Positions 59,861 to 64,000 of a stretch of 64,000 bases of DNA are shown here, piece after piece (position 1 is the first letter of the stretch; each line of letters opens with the position of its first letter). Location: positions 11,143-75,142 of the forward strand of contig CAWGRK010000017.1 in assembly GCA_963824995.1 (NCBI GenBank), given 5' to 3'. The position numbers were made by a program, and so were the translations under genes. This DNA comes from an uncultured Actinomycetes bacterium. Its GTDB lineage: Bacteria > Actinomycetota > Acidimicrobiia > Spongiisociales > DATADW01. A model generated the notes under the pieces. The model had not been told where the DNA came from and made no database searches. It was given only the letters and a program-made list of their open reading frames with translations.

Positions 59861-60356
59861 ATGAGCTTCTCCCACCTCGACGAGCACGGTCACGTCCACA
59901 TGGTCGACGTCGGCGACAAGGAGGTGACGGCTCGGACCGCGGTGGCCGAGGGCGTCCTGCGGATATCCGCCGAGACCCGCGACCAGCTCTTCTCGGGGAC
60001 CCTGCCCAAGGGAGACGCCCTGGCCTCGGCGCGGGTCGCCGGGATCATGGGGGCCAAGCGAGACATCGGAGCTGATCCCGCTGTGCCACCCGCTGCCGAT
60101 CGACTCGGTCTCGGTCGAGATCGAGCAGTGCGACGAGGGAGCCCGCCTAACGGCGACGGTTTCGACCACCGGCCGAACCGGCGTCGAGATGGAGGCACTG
60201 ACCGCGGTGGCCGTCGCCGGGCTGTCTCTCTATGACATGGTCAAGTCGGTAGAGCGGGGAGCGGAACTAGGCTCGGTTCATCTCGTGAGTAAATCGGGAG
60301 GGCGCTCAGGCCGCTGGGAGCGCGAAGTCCTTCCCAGCGAGAAGCTTGAACCGTAA
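59861..60356 (+). pseudogene. moaC: cyclic pyranopterin monophosphate synthase accessory protein, one +1 frame change near 60060 as sequenced
   Basis: HLDEHGHVHMVDVGDKEVTARTA...KGDALASARVAGIMGAKR | TSELIPLCHPLPI...GVEMEALTAV...YDM. Confidence 0.8.
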
Positions 60357-60403
60357 ACCGGGGCCTGGCTACGCTCCGCAAAACCAAGCGGGGCGGAGAC
60401 CAC

Positions 60404-60859
60404 TTGGAACCGGGAATCATCGTTTTGTTTGTCGTGCTGGCTGGCGTGTGGGGCGCCTTCCTCTTTCCGGAGGTGTTCGCCAGCCGAAAGGAAGCGCCGC
60501 TGAACACGACCGAGGAGTTCGGTCGGTGGACCTCGAAGCTGGCGTCCGTGCAAGGCCGAACCGCTCGGCGGCGCAATCGCGCCGTGCTCGAGGTGAACCG
60601 CAACCGGGTGCTGGCCCGGCGGCGCATCATGCTGGTGCTGCTTCTGCTGGCCGCGGTGGGGACGCTGGTGGCTGCGCTGATGACCGGTTCGAGAACGCTG
60701 CTCTATGTCCACATCGCCATCGATGCCGCCGTGGCGTGCTACGTGGCGATGCTGGTCCAGATCAAACAGCGGCGCCGCATGGAGTTGGCACAGTTCGACG
60801 AGCCCGAGGCGGCGGCCGACGAAACCTCCGCTCGGATCCGCGTCGTCGCCTCGCGCTGA
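60404..60859 (+). CDS. membrane protein (3 TM), unknown function
   Basis: TTG start. Hydrophobic helices IIVLFVVLAGVWGAFLF, MLVLLLLAAVGTLVAAL and HIAIDAAVACYVAMLV. Intact frame. Confidence 0.5.
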   Translation: MEPGIIVLFVVLAGVWGAFLFPEVFASRKEAPLNTTEEFGRWTSKLASVQGRTARRRNRAVLEVNRNRVLARRRIMLVLLLLAAVGTLVAALMTGSRTLLYVHIAIDAAVACYVAMLVQIKQRRRMELAQFDEPEAAADETSARIRVVASR

Positions 60860-60863
60860 TCCG

Positions 60864-61521
60864 GTGCCTTCTCCTGACCTGAGTTCGATCGAAGCTTCGG
60901 CTCGCGCCGACCTCGAGGCAGCCAATCGAGGGCGCGAAGTCGCCCTGGCTGACTGCCGAAGGATCATCCGCTGCTCCGCCAACGCCATACGAGCGATGCA
61001 CCGCGACGAGTGGGGCCGCGCCGAGGAGCTGATGAAGGCAAGCGGGAGAGACCCTCGCTGCGATCCAAGCCGACTTGACTCCAGCCCCGAGGTGCTCCAC
61101 GCCGGTTTCGTGGCCGACGCCGCCAAGGAATACGCCGAGGCCCGTCTGACCGCGGCGCTGGCTCGAGGGGCCGATCTCCCCGACCCATCGCGATCTGGGT
61201 GTCGACGTGGCGCCCTACCTCAACGGTCTCGGCGAAGCGGTCGGCGAGCTTCGCCGCCGCCTGCTCGACCGTCTCCGGGCCGGAGAGGTGGGCGAAGCCG
61301 AGGAGATCCTGGTGGCGATGGACGCAATAGTCGACCTGCTCGCCGGCCTCGACTTCCCCGACGGAATGACCGGAGGACTGCGCCGCACCACCGACGTCGC
61401 CCGCGCCCTGGTCGAGCGCTCGCGGTCTGATCTCACCACGACCGTCGTCCAGGAGAAGCTCCGGATCGAACTGCAACAGCGGCTTGGCAAGTCCAGCTAC
61501 CCGGGTACCAACCCCCGGTAA
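60864..61521 (+). pseudogene. translin-family-like protein, at least one +1 frame change near 61190 as sequenced
   Basis: KEYAEARL...(frame change)...VAPYLNGLGEAVGELRRRLLDRLRAG....AE..L..MD.I...L..LDFPD..TGGLRR..D. Confidence 0.5.
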
Positions 61522-61538
61522 ACTGACCGCCCCTACAT

Positions 61539-61612
61539 GGGGGTGTAGCTCAGCCCGGCAGAGCGCTTCCCTCGCACGGAAGAAGCCAGGGGTTCAAATC
61601 CCCTCACCTCCA
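61539..61612 (+). tRNA. tRNA-Ala (anticodon CGC), CCA not encoded
   Basis: Acceptor stem GGGGGTG/CACCTCC with the G3:U70 pair. D stem GCTC/GAGC. Anticodon stem CTTCC/GGAAG with loop CTCGCAC. T arm AGGGG-TTCAAAT-CCCCT. Confidence 0.85.
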
Positions 61613-62770
61613 CCGAAAGCCCTGGTCAGCAGGGCTTTTCGGCGGCTCGGGGAAGTTCGACGACGGCCCCGGGTCCGCGGCGGGTCCGCGGCTGGGTCCG
61701 CGGGACGCCCCAGGAATGCCTCGAGCCGGTCCTGCAACCTGGACGTCGAGCCCTTCCATCAAGTGCCCATAGACATCCATCGTCACCCGGATGGAGGAGT
61801 GCCCGAGTCGCTCCGAGATCACCTTGGGATGCTCAGCTTGGGCGATCAGGTGGGCGGCGTGGGAGTGTCGCAGGTCGTGGAAGTCGAGCCCTTCAGGCCG
61901 GCTCCGCTCCGTCGCCGGGGTCCAGAAACGCTGCCGCCACGATTCGGCGACTACCAGCCCGCCCTTCGGCGAGGTGACCACGATCGTCCTCCCCTGCCGG
62001 GTACAGCGCCAGGTGCTCGGCGATCCGTCGACCAGCACCGGGGGAGCGGTGACTGTCCTCCTCGAGTCAGCGGTCTTCAGTGGGGCCGAGCTGCGCCCTG
62101 CCGTTGGGGGCGATCACCTGACGCTCAACCCGGACCCGTGCGGGCAGTCGAGCAGAAGGAGATCCTCGACCTTCAGTCCGAAGACTTCGCCTTGACGTAA
62201 TCCGAGGGTGCCACCGCGACGCCCCCGATAGCGACGGTCGATGCTCCCTGCGATGTCCCATAGTTGATCGGGGTCACGATCCGCATCGGCTTGGACTCGT
62301 CGCGGGGAAGGTGGATCCCTACGCATCGTGTCCGTGCCAGGTAGCCGTCGACCACCGCCTGGTCGCAGACAATCTTCACCACCAGGTACGCCTTCTCCAC
62401 GGTGGCCGGCGCGTACCGCGGCCATCATTGACGACCAGGGCGCGGACGTGGCCGGGGTGATGTTGGCCAGGGCGGGCGCGGTCGCCGACCGCGGGGAGGA
62501 CGTGCTTGCGGAGAAGGCTCTGCTCGGTGAGCGACGAGTTGGCACGTAGGTGGACCCGGCCGGCCATCACCAACTCGGCGTAGTTGGAGAACGTGTGGCG
62601 GCCGAGCTCGCCGCGGTCCACGTCCCCAACCGGACCTTTCGCTCTTCGTCCTCCGCCCAGTGCAGGGCGTCCCCCTTCCGGTTGTGGAGCTTGGTGTGCT
62701 CCTTGCCATCGGCGCCCCGGTACCGGCCCTGCCAGCGATTGGTCTTCGGGTGCCTTCTTACGTGGGCCAT
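61604..62770 (-). pseudogene. tyrosine-type site-specific integrase, at least 6 frame changes as sequenced
   Basis: MAHVRRHPKTNRWQGRYRGADGKEH...; GLRQGEVFGLKVEDL; HDLRHSHAAHLI...LGHSSIRVTMDVYGHL. Pieces lie in all three minus-strand frames. The 3' end overlaps the tRNA-Ala 3' end by 9 nt. Confidence 0.75.
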
Positions 62771-62815
62771 CTCACTCTTTCTCTTCTTCCAGTCGTTGTC
62801 GGATACCGTTCGGTG

Positions 62816-63340
62816 TCAGCCCTTCCACTCCTTGGGAATCTGGACCTTGATTTGGGACAGCTGCTTCACCATTTCGGCGTGCGCGGCTACAGCCCGTTCG
62901 AGTTCACGTTGGACTTCGCCGGAAAGACCCGGAATGGGTTGTGCAGCCGGGTGAGGACTTTTCGCGCCAAGTAGGGTCCCTTCGCGCCTGACCTTCCGGG
63001 AATCCATTCCCGGGAGCGCCTGCCCGGCGAACCATTCCCACATCTCGCCACCGGTAACTCCCCGGTCTCCAACCTGGATCGACCTGTCGGGGTCCTCGAC
63101 GTCGGTGAGCAGGCTTGTCGGGCTCACCTCGAGCGCCGGCGAGCGTCACCAGCTCGTCGACCGAGACGGCGCGGTGCCGATGTTCGATCTTGGAGAGCAG
63201 GGTGGGGTCGATCTTCCAGCCGATGCTGAGACACCGCTCGGCTAGCGCCGGCTGACTCAGACCGCGGTTGCCCGAACCTCTCGGATACGCCTGCCGACCA
63301 CGTCGGCTATCGATTCTCCTTGATCCTTCTTGATTCCCAT
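62816..63340 (-). pseudogene. XRE-family helix-turn-helix protein, 2 frame changes as sequenced
   Basis: MGIKKDQGESIADVVGRRIREVRA | NRGLSQPALAERCLSIGWKIDPTLLSKIEHRHRAVSVDELVTLA | SPTSLLTDVEDPD.... Confidence 0.55.
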
Positions 63341-63565
63341 TCTGGCGGATCTTTCGCAAGGGTCTTGAAATATTGCCATCCCTCTCTTATCGTCCGGTCG
63401 AGCCGTGACGCCGGTAGCCTGCCGGGATGGGCGATTCACGGTGGAAGCCTTTCGATAGGCGCCGACCTCGCCGGAGTCCTTGGCTGCACGCCGGTGGCGC
63501 CCGCTCCTGTGGTTGCCGGGAGTGCAGGGGCTGATGAACCGGGTGGCCCTGGCGATCCGCTTTTC

Positions 63566-63694
63566 GTGGAGTACGAGAAACCCGCTCCGTGCCGGGCCTG
63601 TGGGAAGCCGGTGGTCCCGGGCCCGAGGGACAAGCGTCACTGTGACGATGTCTGCCGCCAGCGGACGCATCGGGCTCGCCTCGAGGTGTCATAG
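63566..63694 (+). CDS. small zinc-ribbon-like protein (42 aa), tentative
   Basis: VEYEKPAPCRACGKPV...RHCDDVCRQRTHRARL fits the pattern CxxC...C..CRQR..R seen in mobile-element small proteins. Start uncertain. Confidence 0.3.
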   Translation: MEYEKPAPCRACGKPVVPGPRDKRHCDDVCRQRTHRARLEVS

Positions 63695-63724
63695 CCGGCT
63701 CGTTCCAGGCGATACTTTGCCCTT

Positions 63725-63954
63725 GTGACGGAAGGCGCATGGTGGGAGCGTGCCGCTTGCCGCGATGCGCCGATCGACTGGTTCTTCCCGGCGCCGGGTG
63801 GGAGTGTCAGCCGTGCCCGGGAGCTCTGCGCCGGCTGTCGGGTGACGGTCGAGTGTCTTGAGTTGGCGCTCAAGATTCCGGCTACTGCGACTCGGGGATC
63901 TGGGCGGGGACTTCGGCTCAGCAGCGCCGCCGGCTGCGGCACCAGGTCCGGTGA
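63725..63954 (+). pseudogene. WhiB-like Fe-S transcription factor, one +1 frame change near 63890 as sequenced
   Basis: WWERAACRDAPIDWFFP......ARELCAGCRVTVECLELAL, then in the +1 frame GIWAGTSAQQRRRLRHQVR*. This gives 4 Cys plus the GIWGG-like turn and a basic tail. Confidence 0.65.
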
Positions 63955-64000
63955 GAGGGTCGGGGCGGACGAGCTTTCGGGTCTTCCCCCTACGTTGGCC

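Larger units (their letters stand above)
61604..64000. mobile_element. left part of a tRNA-Ala-associated integrative element or prophage remnant (int, xre, small Zn-ribbon ORF, whiB-like); right end outside window
   Basis: The integrase abuts and overlaps the tRNA 3' end. An XRE repressor and a divergent module follow, which is typical of actinobacterial integrative elements. No second copy of the tRNA 3' end (attR) occurs inside the window. Confidence 0.6.

Noticed and set aside
44900-64000. Programmed ribosomal frameshifting or transcriptional slippage as the cause of the many frame changes.
   Set aside because: The shift sites share no slippery heptamer, no common motif and no downstream structure. 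They occur several times per gene in unrelated housekeeping genes. Indel error or mutation is the simpler explanation.

Overview
High-GC (about 68-70%) chromosomal window, probably Actinomycetota. The conserved block mfd - mazG - eno - ftsB - DUF501 - ppx is typical of that phylum. I call about 68 protein-coding loci, 2 tRNAs (Leu-UAA, Ala-CGC), no rRNA and no CRISPR array. Content is mostly housekeeping and metabolism: pgsA, mfd, ispD, eno, ppx, pncA/pncB, clpP, potABCD with amine-catabolic enzymes, uppP, MTAP, galU, moeA, moaC.

Four things stand out.

(1) At 269-5054 (minus strand) there is a six-gene, translationally coupled envelope operon. It encodes a MauE-like membrane protein, then a Tat-signal protein whose 28-cysteine domain looks like a methylamine dehydrogenase light chain (MauA) fused to FG-GAP/VCBS repeats. 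A membrane-anchored CxxC thioredoxin-like protein, a polytopic membrane protein, an unknown protein and an SLH-domain protein follow. No mauB or mauG is present in the window. This is my best candidate for an undescribed system.

(2) A dispersed family of intergenic elements is built from tandem heptamers (GACGGCR / YGCCGTC). Several copies start exactly at a stop codon, two carry inverted arrays at both ends, and two share a 43-nt hairpin module. There are at least 8 copies in 64 kb.

(3) A partial integrative element lies at the 3' end of tRNA-Ala: tyrosine integrase, XRE repressor, a small zinc-ribbon ORF and a WhiB-like gene. It runs off the right edge of the window.

(4) Reading frames are broken by single-base indels, mostly +1 C/G insertions. 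I find about 5 events in the first 44.5 kb and at least 40 in the last 19.5 kb. They hit otherwise well-conserved housekeeping genes, with no substitution-type stop codons. This looks more like an assembly or sequencing-quality problem than gene decay, but it must be checked. Frame-disrupted genes are typed as pseudogene, meaning 'as sequenced'.

All calls rest on reading the translations and the nucleotide sequence by eye. No database search was run.
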